A stretch of 64,000 bases of DNA from a bacterium (GTDB lineage: Bacteria; Hinthialibacterota; Hinthialibacteria; Hinthialibacterales; Hinthialibacteraceae). Positions 22,407-33,336 of this stretch are shown here, one piece after another. Positions within the stretch are counted from its first letter, which is position 1. Each line of letters begins with the position of its first letter. The notes beneath the pieces were generated by a model. It was not told the origin of the DNA. It did not search any database and saw only the letters and a program-made list of their open reading frames with translations. The stretch covers positions 1,088,001 to 1,152,000 of the forward strand of contig CAXXMV010000002.1 of the NCBI GenBank assembly GCA_963662285.2. The letters are read 5' to 3'. A program made the translations under genes and the position numbers.

Positions 22407-22618
22407 AGCAGTTTTTATAAGCCATTCCTACATGAGTGACATGATGCCATGATTTTGATAATCGCTCTAATGCATCACGATTAAGCGTCATAGTATGTAT
22501 TCCAAGTTTAAACGAACATATTTGTGCGAACCGCTCTAGTGTTATGATGCTGAATTTCAACATGTAATCAACAGCCGGAGATATTTCAAAACAAGATCAG
22601 TTACGCCAACATAAAACC

Positions 22619-23506
22619 ATGCTTTATTCTTCAAAGCGTACAGCGCCAAAACGTAAAAAAAAGATTGTTATACTCAGTCCCAAGATGCTGGGTATTGCGT
22701 TTATATTAATATCGCTTTTTCTGTTGCTTTTCGGGAGTGGAGACGATCAGCAAATCGCGTCTGCGCCATTTTCGCGTTTTCTGTTAGCTCCGGTTTCGGC
22801 TATTCAAAGCGTGCGTAATTTTTGTGTTGACCTGGTCGGTGGATTAAAATCTAATCTAAATGCCAAAGATGAACTAGCTGTTATAAAAGAGGAAGTTGAA
22901 CAACTACGTAAAGAGAATCAGGAACTGTTATACAAACTCCGCAGACATGATCATTACCGTGAAGCCTTCAACCTGCCCCACGAAGAAGGTATGCCAGTCA
23001 TTATTGGAGTTGTTGTGATGCGTCCAGAGCGTATGGCGCAATCTCTGATCATTAATCGCGGCGTGGATGATGGATTGAGCGTCAATATGCCTGCCCTGTC
23101 ACAAGAAGGTCTGGTAGGCCGGACAACGCGAAAATTAACCCGGCACAGAGCAGAGGTTATGCCTATAACTGATCCACGCAGCGCAGTTGGAGTGTACATT
23201 AAGGGAACGCCTTATGAAGGAATTCTGCGTGGAACAGAAGATGGCAATAATCTATTAATGACGGATCGCTTTTTAAATACTCAAGGCGATGAAACCATAG
23301 TGCCGAAGCCTGGAGATATTGTATACACATCGGGGCATGGCGCGGTTTTTCCGAGGGATATCCGGGCCGGAGTCATAAGTGATGCAACATCAGACAAAGG
23401 AATCGTTGTTCAGCCTGTTGTTGATATAAACTCGGTCAAAGCGATTATGGTTTTGGCTGACAATGAATTACGTAAAGAAATGCTATCTCTTCTGGATGAA
23501 CAATAA
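22619..23506 (+). CDS. mreC: Rod shape-determining protein MreC
   Basis: N-terminal TM, coiled coil, IINRGVDDG, GLVG, YTSGHGAVFP; follows mreB. Confidence 0.92.
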   Translation: MLYSSKRTAPKRKKKIVILSPKMLGIAFILISLFLLLFGSGDDQQIASAPFSRFLLAPVSAIQSVRNFCVDLVGGLKSNLNAKDELAVIKEEVEQLRKENQELLYKLRRHDHYREAFNLPHEEGMPVIIGVVVMRPERMAQSLIINRGVDDGLSVNMPALSQEGLVGRTTRKLTRHRAEVMPITDPRSAVGVYIKGTPYEGILRGTEDGNNLLMTDRFLNTQGDETIVPKPGDIVYTSGHGAVFPRDIRAGVISDATSDKGIVVQPVVDINSVKAIMVLADNELRKEMLSLLDEQ

Positions 23507-23537
23507 GATAAAAATAGAAAAAGTACGTTAATTAATC

Positions 23538-24035
23538 ATGGCGTGGATATTGGCGGTAGTTGTTTTTTTCCTTGATATTTCATTACGGATTTTTTTTGGG
23601 CTTGGCCCAGCCAGTCCGGATATTTTATTATTGGCATTATTATATATCACACTCAAATATCCTGTCGGAGAAGCTTATTGCATCGCATTTTTGTCAGGCT
23701 TCTCTTGGGATACTGTATTCATGGATAACCTAGGACTCCATTCATTCCTGTTTGTGATTGCGGCCATGATAACAGTTCGGTTATGTCGGCTTATCTGGGT
23801 GCAATACGCCATATCGCGGCTGGTGATTGGCGCAGCAGCATGCGGATTGGTTCGATTCGGAGAAGTGATTTTCTGGTTGTCAAATCTGGATCAAAATGCA
23901 CCGATTTACATGCCGGAACGCTATATTATCACAGGAGCGATAGTCACTGGAGTAATTTTCTTTTTGATGCCATGGCGTACAACTCCAATCAATCTGCCCA
24001 GACGAAATCCACAAACAATTTTTGCGGAAAGATGA
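23538..24035 (+). CDS. mreD: Rod shape-determining protein MreD (divergent)
   Basis: Hydrophobic 165 aa, PDILLL, GFSWD..LG motifs; position between mreC and mrdA. Confidence 0.75.
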   Translation: MAWILAVVVFFLDISLRIFFGLGPASPDILLLALLYITLKYPVGEAYCIAFLSGFSWDTVFMDNLGLHSFLFVIAAMITVRLCRLIWVQYAISRLVIGAAACGLVRFGEVIFWLSNLDQNAPIYMPERYIITGAIVTGVIFFLMPWRTTPINLPRRNPQTIFAER

Positions 24036-24145
24036 TAATGCTCTACAATAAAACCTAAACTCTTTTAACTAATAAATAAAAGAATGGCTTTTTCCGAGCA
24101 AATGTGAAATAAAAACAAAATTCAAGAATCGCTTGAAATGGAAAA

Positions 24146-26002
24146 ATGAAACAAAAGAAAATTCCCCTTTCCATGAAATCTTTTAAGGTGGATCGACGTA
24201 TACACGTCATTCTTTTCCTTATCGCAGCGGTTTTTACGGTTTTGGTTTTCCGTTTATGGACCATACAGGTATATAATCAGGCGGATTATAAATTGGCCCG
24301 CTTAGGCAACGTGGAGCGTGAAGTTGAAATCCAGAGCGCGCGTGGAGATATCCGGGACCGGTATGGAAGAGTGCTGGCCCGGGATGTCAGTAACAGAGAC
24401 ATTTGGATCACCATAGGCAAAAAACGGGAAATTACGTCTGCTGTTCGCACCTCTCTGGAACTGCTTTCAGAAATTCTCGACAAACCGTATGAATCGTTTA
24501 AACAGGCCTACCTTCATAAGGAGCGTGAAAGCAAGCGTTGGGAAATCAGGGTGGCGGAAAGAATTCCTCCTCATAAATACGTCATACTGGAAGAACGCAA
24601 AATAGAATTTCCTGAAGAGGCCATGATTTACGCCAGAAAAGTGCCAACCCGGTACTATCATAATGATACTTTGGCAGCTCATATATTGGGTTATACCGGT
24701 CCAATAGATAAGAAAGAAAAGAAGATGGAGCGTTACGACAAATATGCTCCATATAGTCTAATTGGTAAGACGGGCATTGAGAAGCAGTATGAATCTTACC
24801 TGCATGGTTCTGATGGTATAAACAAAATTATAGTTGATAAAAATGAGATTCAACGCGGTTCGGCGGAGGAGATCAAGCCCGCCATTCCGGGCAATAATGT
24901 TATCTTGAATATAGATAACGATTATCAATTAGCTGCCGAGCAGATTCTGGGCGTATCAGAAGGAGTGATTATCGTCTCGGATCCACGGGATAACTCCATT
25001 ATGGCTATGGCTTCCAATCCACGATATCACCCTAAATATTACCGGGATTATCTTTATGCTCCAAACCGGCCTTTGTTTGATCGGGCTATACAGGGCAAAT
25101 ACGAGCCTGGTTCAGTATTCAAGATTTTTGAAGCTTTTGCGCTTTTGGAAGAGTTGAAAATCTCTCCAGATTATGAAGTCTATTGTCCAGGTGTTTATAC
25201 CAACTGGGATTTGAAGATGCGCTGTCATAAAGCTACTGGTCATGGATATATTAATCTATATGATGCTATTACACTTTCCTGCAATGTATATTTCTACACA
25301 ATGGTTGGAGAAAAAATGTGCGTTGATGGTGGACGTCGGCTGCGAAAATGGGCAATGAATTTTGGCTTTGAAGATAAAACCGGCATCGATTTGCCGGATG
25401 AAGCTGCCGCCACGATATTTCCCTCAAAAGAGACCGAGCGTTTTACCGCGCAAAAAAAATGGTATCACGGTAATGCTATCAGTCACGCAATTGGTCAAGG
25501 CGGCGTATTATTTACTCCTTTACAGGTCAATACCGCCCTATGCGCCATTGCTAACGGCGGTACGCTTTATAAACCTCAGTTGGCGCAAAAAATCATTTCT
25601 CCCAAAGGCGAATCTATTAAAAACTTCGAACCGGAAATTGCAGGGAAAATTGAGGCATCTACCAAGACATTTGAAATTGTAAAAAAAGCGATGTGGGAAG
25701 TGGTTAATAATCCTCGAGGCACCGGGCGACGGCTGGGTGGATTTAAAGATGTCGATTTTACAATGGCGGGGAAAACCGGCACGGCTCAACCAGGCAACAG
25801 AGGCGTACCGCATGCATGGTTTGTCTGTTATGGACCATTTGAGAAGCCTGAAATCGCCATCACGGTTTTGATTGTCAATGGTGGACATGGCGGGGATGTT
25901 GCATCACCATTAGCAAAACAGTTTCTGGATATATATTTGGGCAATGGTAAACTTCAAGATTTGGTTATGGCCGATACACCGGTAGATCCATTGCTCAATT
26001 AA
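24146..26002 (+). CDS. mrdA: Penicillin-binding protein 2
   Basis: RGDIRDR; PGSVFK (SxxK); SCN (SxN); GKTGTAQ (KTG). Confidence 0.95.
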   Translation: MKQKKIPLSMKSFKVDRRIHVILFLIAAVFTVLVFRLWTIQVYNQADYKLARLGNVEREVEIQSARGDIRDRYGRVLARDVSNRDIWITIGKKREITSAVRTSLELLSEILDKPYESFKQAYLHKERESKRWEIRVAERIPPHKYVILEERKIEFPEEAMIYARKVPTRYYHNDTLAAHILGYTGPIDKKEKKMERYDKYAPYSLIGKTGIEKQYESYLHGSDGINKIIVDKNEIQRGSAEEIKPAIPGNNVILNIDNDYQLAAEQILGVSEGVIIVSDPRDNSIMAMASNPRYHPKYYRDYLYAPNRPLFDRAIQGKYEPGSVFKIFEAFALLEELKISPDYEVYCPGVYTNWDLKMRCHKATGHGYINLYDAITLSCNVYFYTMVGEKMCVDGGRRLRKWAMNFGFEDKTGIDLPDEAAATIFPSKETERFTAQKKWYHGNAISHAIGQGGVLFTPLQVNTALCAIANGGTLYKPQLAQKIISPKGESIKNFEPEIAGKIEASTKTFEIVKKAMWEVVNNPRGTGRRLGGFKDVDFTMAGKTGTAQPGNRGVPHAWFVCYGPFEKPEIAITVLIVNGGHGGDVASPLAKQFLDIYLGNGKLQDLVMADTPVDPLLN

Positions 26003-26022
26003 AAGGATTACGGTTCCAAATT

Positions 26023-26105
26023 CTCCCCCAAGCCTGGGGGGAGTTAGAGGGGAGTTGCGTTTCGACCAATCAACCCCCTCCTAACCTCCCCCAGGCTTGG
26101 GGGAG
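26023..26105. repeat. Long REP-like palindrome between mrdA and rodA
   Basis: ctcccccaagcctggggggagttagaggggagttg ... caaccccctcctaacctcccccaggcttgggggag; imperfect ~35-bp arms. Confidence 0.75.
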
Positions 26106-26177
26106 GGATCAAGCATTAAACTATTACAAGGTTTTTACGAACCATATAATGTGGTAAGTTCAGGATGTTTTTAAGCA

Positions 26178-27503
26178 ATGTTTAATTCAAAATTCTGGTA
26201 TAATTTCGACTATATTTCACTGGTCCTGGTTATATCTTTAGCGGTTTTCGGCATTGTTTCTCTGGCAGGCGCCACTGGAGACAGTGACGCCCGATGGGGA
26301 AAGCAATTGCTTTTTTTCATAATAGGACTTATCAGTTGTATTAGCATTGTTTTTATTGATTACCGCACCCTCACCCGTTATGCGCCTCTTTTGTATATCG
26401 GTGGGATTATCACTTTGATTCTAATATTTGTTCCACAACTGGGTCATAAAACGCATGGCGCTCAGTCATGGATTAAAATCAAAAGTCTCCCTTTCCAAAT
26501 ACAGCCCGCAGAATTTGCTAAACTGACTACCATAATAATGTTGGCCAGGATTCTTGGTTCACATAAAGAGCAGTGGAATGGGCTTTGGGATATGATGCGT
26601 CCTTTAATTATCGGCGCGATTCCCACTATTTTTATTTTAGCTCAACCCGACCTTGGCAGCGCCGTCGTCTTCGGGCCAATCACTTTGTTAATGATGTTTG
26701 CTGCGGGAATGCCCTTATCCTTTTTCTTGTTGTTATTTTCCCCTTTTTTGGCGGTTCTTGGTATAAGCCATGATCCAGTCTTAATGCTAATCTGGATTGG
26801 CGCACTGGGATTCCTGCTGATATACGCCATATCCCGCCATACTTCCTGGACTATTTGGCTGCCCTTTATATTAATCAGCATTGCTGCATATATGGTGGTC
26901 TATTCGCAGGGAGAGAAAATCTGGGACAAATTGCCTACAAATCCCAAAACCAGGTTGATGACATATATTGATCCTGAATCAGTCTCTACGGCGAAAGCCT
27001 GGAATATAAACCAATCCAAGATTGCTTTGGGAGCAGGTGGATTCTGGGGGATTGGATTAGGTAAAGGAACCCAAAGTCGTTATGGTTTTCTACCCGAATC
27101 TGAGCATGATTTCGTCTTCCCATCGGTTGGCGAACAACTAGGTTTTGTTGGAGGAGTTGCTTTATTATTCCTGTTTTTCCTTCTTATGATGCGCGGGCTT
27201 GAAACCGCTGTGTCATCCAAGACCCTGCAAGGAGCACTTATTGCCACGGGAGTAGTGTCGTTATTCTTTTCTCATATTACTATCAATATCGGTATGGTGA
27301 CCGGGCTATTGCCTGTTACCGGACTTCCTCTCACTTTTATATCGTATGGTGGATCATTTATGTTAGCCAGTATGATTTCTGTTGGATTGTTAATTAACAT
27401 ACGCTATCGCAGCGCTACCGAGATGATGGAAGATGGATTCATGAAAAATCGTTCTCAGATGTCGTTGCCCTCAAAAAGCGATGATAATGACATCTGGGGG
27501 TGA
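26178..27503 (+). CDS. rodA: Rod shape-determining protein RodA (SEDS family)
   Basis: QPAEFAK; QPDLGS; LPESEHDFVF; TGLPLTFISYGGS. Confidence 0.95.
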   Translation: MFNSKFWYNFDYISLVLVISLAVFGIVSLAGATGDSDARWGKQLLFFIIGLISCISIVFIDYRTLTRYAPLLYIGGIITLILIFVPQLGHKTHGAQSWIKIKSLPFQIQPAEFAKLTTIIMLARILGSHKEQWNGLWDMMRPLIIGAIPTIFILAQPDLGSAVVFGPITLLMMFAAGMPLSFFLLLFSPFLAVLGISHDPVLMLIWIGALGFLLIYAISRHTSWTIWLPFILISIAAYMVVYSQGEKIWDKLPTNPKTRLMTYIDPESVSTAKAWNINQSKIALGAGGFWGIGLGKGTQSRYGFLPESEHDFVFPSVGEQLGFVGGVALLFLFFLLMMRGLETAVSSKTLQGALIATGVVSLFFSHITINIGMVTGLLPVTGLPLTFISYGGSFMLASMISVGLLINIRYRSATEMMEDGFMKNRSQMSLPSKSDDNDIWG

Positions 27504-27634
27504 GCATGTTTTTTGACTTTTAACCGTTTCGTCACGATCTTGGTTTCTTCTTCTGTATAATTGCCCGGAATAGGGTAAAATAAAACCAGAGTAGTTTACG
27601 CAATAAATAACCATTAGCGTTTTTTTAGTTTTTC

Positions 27635-27724
27635 GTCAAACTCGTTTTGTCGGGTAGAGAATTCAATTTATCTCTTATCCTAGCCCTTTCATGGAGGGAG
27701 AGGGGATTTTGGTTACCCGATATT
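27635..27724. repeat. Dispersed ~95-bp repeat, copy 2 (degenerate, opposite orientation to copy 1)
   Basis: gtcaaactcgttttgtcggg...cctagccct...gagaggggattttggttacccga aligns with the reverse complement of 13438-13535. Confidence 0.75.
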
Positions 27725-27769
27725 ATTATCTGTATAGAGTACTAATCGACAATTGATTAAGGAGTTTTC

Positions 27770-30136
27770 ATGAATTCGGTTGAACAAGCCAGTGTAATTT
27801 ACGCCGATGAAACCAAGATGGCGGATGCCCTTAAAAAGGCCGGAGTATCGCTTACCCCTGACGAAGCCTTGAAGATCAAGGATCGGTTGGGACGCATCCC
27901 CTCTTGTGCGGAACTATTCGTCTTCGATATCGAATGGAGCGAACACTGTTCGTATAAAAGCAGCAAACATTTGCTGAAGAAATACTTGCCTATTTCCAGT
28001 AAGAATGTTATCCAGGGACCGGAAGAAGACGCCGGGATCGTTTATTTTACCGATTTCGAGGGGCGTCGTTATGGTATTGTAATCGCTCATGAAAGCCATA
28101 ATCACCCGTCGCAGGTGCTTCCATTTGAAGGCGCGGCCACCGGTATAGGCGGCATCGTGCGTGATGTGGATTGCATGGGGGCTTCGGTAATCGGCGTGGC
28201 GGATCCTCTGCGTTTTGGAGACCCGAATGGTAAAAACGCCGACCGTACGCGATCTATCGTGAATGGCGTGGTTGAAGGTATATGGAGTTATGGCAATGCG
28301 CTGGGCGTTCCCAATATGGGTGGTGATGTAGTTTATCACGAAGGCTATGACGATAACTGTCTGGTTAATGTAGTGGCGCTGGGGATACTATGCGAAGACG
28401 ATATTATTCATAGCCGCGTTCCCGAATGCGGCGAAGGTTACGATCTTATTTTAGTAGGCAAGCCAACCGACCGTTCCGGTTTTGGCGGCGCATCATTCGC
28501 ATCGGGTACTTTAGATCAGGATGATGAAGAAGAAAACAAAGGCGCGGTTCAGATTCCCGATCCGTTTCTTAAGAATGTACTGTTGCATTACAAAGCCACT
28601 CAAGACGTCCGCAATCGGGCTAAAGAGTTAGGCGTAAAAGTTGGAATGAAAGATTTGGGCGCTGGCGGCATCGCATGTTGCGCCTCGGAAATAGGCGAAA
28701 GCGGAGGTTTCGGCATCGAACTCGACATTGACGCCGTCCATATCGCTGAAGCCGATCTCCCTCCTGAAGTGATTCTTTGCGCTGAAACCCAGGAACGTTA
28801 TATCTGGGCCGTCCCACCATCATTCACGCCGGAAGTGCTTCGTATTTACAACGAAGATTGGGAACTACCCGCAATCTGTTCAGGCGCCGGCGCTTTCCGT
28901 ATTGGTAAAGTCGTCAAAGAACGCGTAATGCGCGCTTCTTATAAAGGCCAGATGGTGGTTGATCTGCCTATTGAGTTTGTGGTTGAAGGCATTCGCTATG
29001 ACCGCGTCGCTGAAGAACCCAAGGTTGCATTCAGCGAACCACAAGTTACCAAGCCGGAAGATTTATCCAAATTTCTTTTACAAATCCTAAGCGGACCGAA
29101 TATGGCCTCGAAAGAGTCCATCTTCCGCCATTATGATACAGAAGTTCAGGGGAAAGCCGTGATTCGACCGGGTGAAGCGGATGCATCGGTTTCGGTTCCT
29201 CTTGATGGATGCAAGGCTGGCATGGCGTTGTCGGTTGATGGCAACCCTTATTATGGAGAGATTTCACCATACTGGGGCGCGGCGACTGCTGTTGCTGAAG
29301 CAATGCGCAATGTGGCTGCTGTCGGCGCGGTTCCCAAAGCGATGACCGATTGCCTGAATTACGGCAACCCGGAAGTTCCGCAGGATTATTGGGCGCTGGT
29401 TGAGGGCATCAAAGGTCTTTCAGAGGCGGCGCGCAAGTTATTTGATCCCAAAGAGGAAGAAGAACCCGTTCCGTTTGTATCTGGTAATGTTTCGCTGTAT
29501 AACCAATCGGCGGGTGGCGCTTCGATTCCTCCATCGCCCGTAATAGCCTGCTTGGGCGTTATGCAAGACGCCTCAAAAGCAATTACTATGGAAATCAAGA
29601 AGGCTGATGACCTGATTGTTCTGATTGGTGAGCGGTTCAATGAACTCGGTGGTTCAGAATACTATAGGGCGCTAGGCGCCGGTTTAGGCGCCAATGTTCC
29701 CCAGGTTCGTTTTGAGATCGAACGCGGAGTTATTTATGGAACAGCTCAGGCGATCCAACAGGGTTTGGTCAAAGCGGCTCATGATATATCTGCCGGCGGT
29801 TTGATAGTATCAGCAGCGGAAATGCTGTTGGCCTGCAATCCCAATGATGCAGCGGGTATGCAGATTGATCTGGTTCAACTTGATTCGGATTTAAGCGAAG
29901 AGGTGCTGCTCTTTTCTGAATCGGGCGGAATGCTGCTTGAAATTTCATCCGACTACTTAGACGCTATCAAATCTTTGTATAATGAATATGGTCTGGATGT
30001 GCAGGTGATCGGCGTAACCGACTCCACTAGCCAATTGACCATAAAAGATCGACGGGACTCGACGCTAGTTTCGCTGCCAGTCGCTGATATGCGAATTGCA
30101 TGGCGTGGTGATTTCGGTATGACCATCGCAACATAG
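27770..30136 (+). CDS. purL: Phosphoribosylformylglycinamidine synthase subunit PurL (small type)
   Basis: WSEHCSYKSS; ESHNHPS; GAATGIGGIVRD; DLGAGG; ETQER; HDISAGG. Confidence 0.97.
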   Translation: MNSVEQASVIYADETKMADALKKAGVSLTPDEALKIKDRLGRIPSCAELFVFDIEWSEHCSYKSSKHLLKKYLPISSKNVIQGPEEDAGIVYFTDFEGRRYGIVIAHESHNHPSQVLPFEGAATGIGGIVRDVDCMGASVIGVADPLRFGDPNGKNADRTRSIVNGVVEGIWSYGNALGVPNMGGDVVYHEGYDDNCLVNVVALGILCEDDIIHSRVPECGEGYDLILVGKPTDRSGFGGASFASGTLDQDDEEENKGAVQIPDPFLKNVLLHYKATQDVRNRAKELGVKVGMKDLGAGGIACCASEIGESGGFGIELDIDAVHIAEADLPPEVILCAETQERYIWAVPPSFTPEVLRIYNEDWELPAICSGAGAFRIGKVVKERVMRASYKGQMVVDLPIEFVVEGIRYDRVAEEPKVAFSEPQVTKPEDLSKFLLQILSGPNMASKESIFRHYDTEVQGKAVIRPGEADASVSVPLDGCKAGMALSVDGNPYYGEISPYWGAATAVAEAMRNVAAVGAVPKAMTDCLNYGNPEVPQDYWALVEGIKGLSEAARKLFDPKEEEEPVPFVSGNVSLYNQSAGGASIPPSPVIACLGVMQDASKAITMEIKKADDLIVLIGERFNELGGSEYYRALGAGLGANVPQVRFEIERGVIYGTAQAIQQGLVKAAHDISAGGLIVSAAEMLLACNPNDAAGMQIDLVQLDSDLSEEVLLFSESGGMLLEISSDYLDAIKSLYNEYGLDVQVIGVTDSTSQLTIKDRRDSTLVSLPVADMRIAWRGDFGMTIAT

Positions 30137-30212
30137 TGGTTGCTGCATAGTCTTTTTCGAAATAAAACAATAATCAAACCGAACTACTGGATAGACTGAT
30201 AGAGACTAAATA

Positions 30213-31064
30213 ATGATAAATTCAAATGCTCCAACCGTCGCTGTTCTGCAATTTCCCGGATCAAACTGTGAATCCGAAACCGCACGTTCTCTTCGTGAGG
30301 TCGGCTTGCAGGCTGAAGTTTTCCGTTGGAACCGACAGCCGCAACAAATTGATGCTTTCGCCGCTTTTATAGTTCCAGGTGGATTCTCTTACGAAGACCG
30401 TATCCGGGCGGGAGTTGTGGCCGCTAAAGAACCTCTGATGGAAGCGCTGGCCGAGCAAGCTGAACGGGGCAAACCGATTCTTGGCATCTGCAATGGCGCC
30501 CAGGTTTTGCTGGAAAGTGGATTGCTGCCGGGGCTTGAACCGGGACGCGTCGAAATGGCTTTGGCTCATAACTATATGACCAGAGGAAAACACGTTATCC
30601 GCCGTGGACATCATTGCGGCTGGGTAAACCTGCGTTGTGAAATGGAACCAACCAGAACGCCCTTTACTCAAAACATGACTAAGGGAGAAATGTTTCCCAT
30701 TACTGTGTCACATGGCGAAGGACGTTTTATCAGTAACGATCCAGAAGTGATTAAAGCGCTGGAAGAACAAAATCTTGTTCTATGGCGCTATTGTGATGAA
30801 AATAGCGAGTTGCAATCAGATTTCCCGGTAAATCCCAATGGCTCATATTCCGGTATAGCTGGAATATGTAATCCCCAAGGCAACGTCGTTGCTTTGATGC
30901 CTCACCCGGAGAGATCATTTTACCTGCGTCAGGTTCCATCCAATTGGCCGGGGCAGTGGGGTGAGAGAAGGCGGGAGATGACTGATAATGATAATTCCTG
31001 GACTGAAGCGGGGCCGGGGCATAAGTTCTTCCAATCCCTAAAAAATTTCCTGTTACCTGCATGA
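30213..31064 (+). CDS. purQ: FGAM synthase glutaminase subunit PurQ
   Basis: FPGSNCE; PGGFSYED; LGICNG; MPHPER. Confidence 0.96.
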   Translation: MINSNAPTVAVLQFPGSNCESETARSLREVGLQAEVFRWNRQPQQIDAFAAFIVPGGFSYEDRIRAGVVAAKEPLMEALAEQAERGKPILGICNGAQVLLESGLLPGLEPGRVEMALAHNYMTRGKHVIRRGHHCGWVNLRCEMEPTRTPFTQNMTKGEMFPITVSHGEGRFISNDPEVIKALEEQNLVLWRYCDENSELQSDFPVNPNGSYSGIAGICNPQGNVVALMPHPERSFYLRQVPSNWPGQWGERRREMTDNDNSWTEAGPGHKFFQSLKNFLLPA

Positions 31065-31089
31065 ACAGATTGAAATAACTAAAAAAGAT

Positions 31090-31124
31090 AAAGCCAGTTT
31101 GTTTTGAAATGAACTGGCTTCTTT
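31090..31124 (+). terminator. Terminator after purQ
   Basis: aagccagtt...aactggctt stem then ctttcgtt. Confidence 0.65.
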
Positions 31125-31332
31125 CGTTCTGGAGCGTCCGGGATAATAACATACATATTAGCGTCTCGAAGAACAAACGTGATAATAAAGATGTTTTTGA
31201 AAATGGCTCTTGCATAAATAACTTATATTTTCTCAATGATCTAATATAATGATAAAGAGGTGTTTTTTTTTGGAAAATATTTCCTCATTTTCTGGCGTCT
31301 TTAGTTTGCATAAGAAAACAAGGTTCCGTGTC

Positions 31333-32334
31333 ATGGATTATAGTTTTGACGAAAAGCAAGAACTTAATAAGAAATTGCGCGAAGAATTATCCCGCCAACA
31401 AGCGGATAAACTGGGCGTTGATGCTTCTGATATGATGCAGCGCATCACAGACGGGAAGAGCGCTTGGGTTAAGAAATCTGAGATATATGTACAACTGGAT
31501 AAGCAGCGTAAATTGGTGGCGCCACAAAAAGCTATTCGTGCGCTGAGGGGTGGAGAAAACAGCCTGGTATCACGCATTAAAAAAGAGGTTGGAATTTGTC
31601 AAGAACAAATTACCGATCTATCCCAATCCGGCGGTGCGCAATCTAAAGGATATAGTGATTATAAAATATTGATCCCTAAATTAGAGAATCGCACCCGGAA
31701 TATTGCGTCCAGACTTGCTGAAGTGGAATCGCGAATTGAACGAGTGAAAGCGGCTGATCCGGTATTTAAGCAAGCAGAAATAGTTCTTGGAGAGATTCAT
31801 CAAGCCAAAGAGAAACAGGATGCAGTGAAAACCCAGCAATTACTGATTCAACATCAAGACCTTCTTGTTCGCTATGAATCGCAGCGCAAAGGTCTTGCGC
31901 CATATTTGGAAGAAGCGAGTAAATTTCGGACTGAATTGCAAAAAGAGTATTGGCAAATCATGCAAATTCGATTCAAATTGCAAACCATATCTATTCAACT
32001 GGCTAAAAAGCGCCTGGCGGAGAATGTAACTTCCATCAATAATGAGCAGCAAAAATCCGAGATTCTTCATCAAGCCGCTGCTTTTCATAAGCAAGAAGAA
32101 GATTTGAAAGCCCAATACATGAATCTATCATCACACTGCCCAACAACCCAAGTCAGCATTCAAGACGCTTCACGAATATGGGATTGCATTATACCCGAGA
32201 TGGTTTCAATCATAAAACAGCAGACCGATTTGCTGCATAATTTTGAATCGCTTAGTCAACAAGAAAGCAAAACTGACATGCCTGATTTCACTCCACAGCG
32301 CATGGCTTACTCGAAGCAAAAAAAATCCCCGTAA
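31333..32334 (+). CDS. Hypothetical helical/coiled-coil protein (putative paralog of 62558-63568)
   Basis: Long ORF rich in Q/E/K heptads; start chosen at ATG 31333 (MDYSF). Confidence 0.75.
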   Translation: MDYSFDEKQELNKKLREELSRQQADKLGVDASDMMQRITDGKSAWVKKSEIYVQLDKQRKLVAPQKAIRALRGGENSLVSRIKKEVGICQEQITDLSQSGGAQSKGYSDYKILIPKLENRTRNIASRLAEVESRIERVKAADPVFKQAEIVLGEIHQAKEKQDAVKTQQLLIQHQDLLVRYESQRKGLAPYLEEASKFRTELQKEYWQIMQIRFKLQTISIQLAKKRLAENVTSINNEQQKSEILHQAAAFHKQEEDLKAQYMNLSSHCPTTQVSIQDASRIWDCIIPEMVSIIKQQTDLLHNFESLSQQESKTDMPDFTPQRMAYSKQKKSP

Positions 32335-32471
32335 ATTGCGCTGCTTTTTCAATATTATTCTTATTGATATTTCATAAAAATGGTCTCTGATCCTATTCAA
32401 GACTCTCTTAATAAGTAAAAATAGTAGAGTGGTATTTTGATTACCCATCTTAGAATATAATCAGGTGAATT

Positions 32472-33257
32472 ATGAAAAAAATCTCGATTTCAATCTTGTC
32501 GTTAGTATTCGCAATCATTATGACATCAATTTGTTCCGCAGCTCCATTGGTTATTGCTCATCGTGGTTATAGCAGTATTGCTCCAGAGAATACGCTGTCA
32601 GCGGTTAATTGCGCGGTGAAGCTTAATCCACAACCGTCGTATATCGAAATTGATATACATGCTTCCAGTGATGGCGTTCTGGTGGTTTCTCATGACAGCA
32701 ATACCAACAGAACAACCGGAGTGAATAAGATGATCCGTGATTATCCATTTTCTGAATTACGGAAATTAGATGCGGGTTATAAAGAAAAATTTGAAGATAA
32801 ATTCAAAAACGAACGGCTGCCTAATCTGGAAGAAGTGTTAGACGCTGTCAAAGACAGCCCGATTGGCATTATGATCGAATGCAAGCAACTACTTGTGGAA
32901 GACCGGGTGGTCGAATTGCTGCGCAAACGCAAAGAATTGAGCAAGCACGTTATCGCCAGTTTTGACGAACTAACCATTTATCGCGCCAAAAAACTGGAGC
33001 CTAAAGCACGTACGCTTTATCTGGTAGATGATATTAATCCCGACGTCATCGGGCGGGCGAAAGACATGAAATCTGATATTATCGGCGTCAACGGCAAAGT
33101 GAAACCGGAAAGTATTATTACAGCCCAAAAAGCAGGATTCAAAGTATGGGTTTGGACGGTTGATGATCCCAAAGACATGCGCAAGTTTATTGAAGCGAAA
33201 GCGGACGGCATCATCACCAATCAACCGGCGTTGGCGATTAAAGTTGTGCAGAAATAA
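32472..33257 (+). CDS. Secreted glycerophosphodiester phosphodiesterase
   Basis: Signal peptide; IAHRGYS...PENT; EIDIH..SDG.LVVSHD; WTVDD; DGIITN. Confidence 0.93.
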   Translation: MKKISISILSLVFAIIMTSICSAAPLVIAHRGYSSIAPENTLSAVNCAVKLNPQPSYIEIDIHASSDGVLVVSHDSNTNRTTGVNKMIRDYPFSELRKLDAGYKEKFEDKFKNERLPNLEEVLDAVKDSPIGIMIECKQLLVEDRVVELLRKRKELSKHVIASFDELTIYRAKKLEPKARTLYLVDDINPDVIGRAKDMKSDIIGVNGKVKPESIITAQKAGFKVWVWTVDDPKDMRKFIEAKADGIITNQPALAIKVVQK

Positions 33258-33279
33258 ACAATAGATAAAATGCGATTAC

Positions 33280-33309
33280 GCATCCAGCTCTTTTACCGGG
33301 GCTGGATGC
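33280..33309. terminator. Hairpin between GDPD and HtrA genes
   Basis: gcatccagct ... ggctggatgc stem. Confidence 0.45.
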
Positions 33310-33336
33310 ATGTATATAAATCTTATAGGTTTTGAT

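Noticed and set aside
30751-31236. 161-aa minus-strand ORF overlapping purQ
   Set aside because: Antisense to purQ and crosses its terminator.
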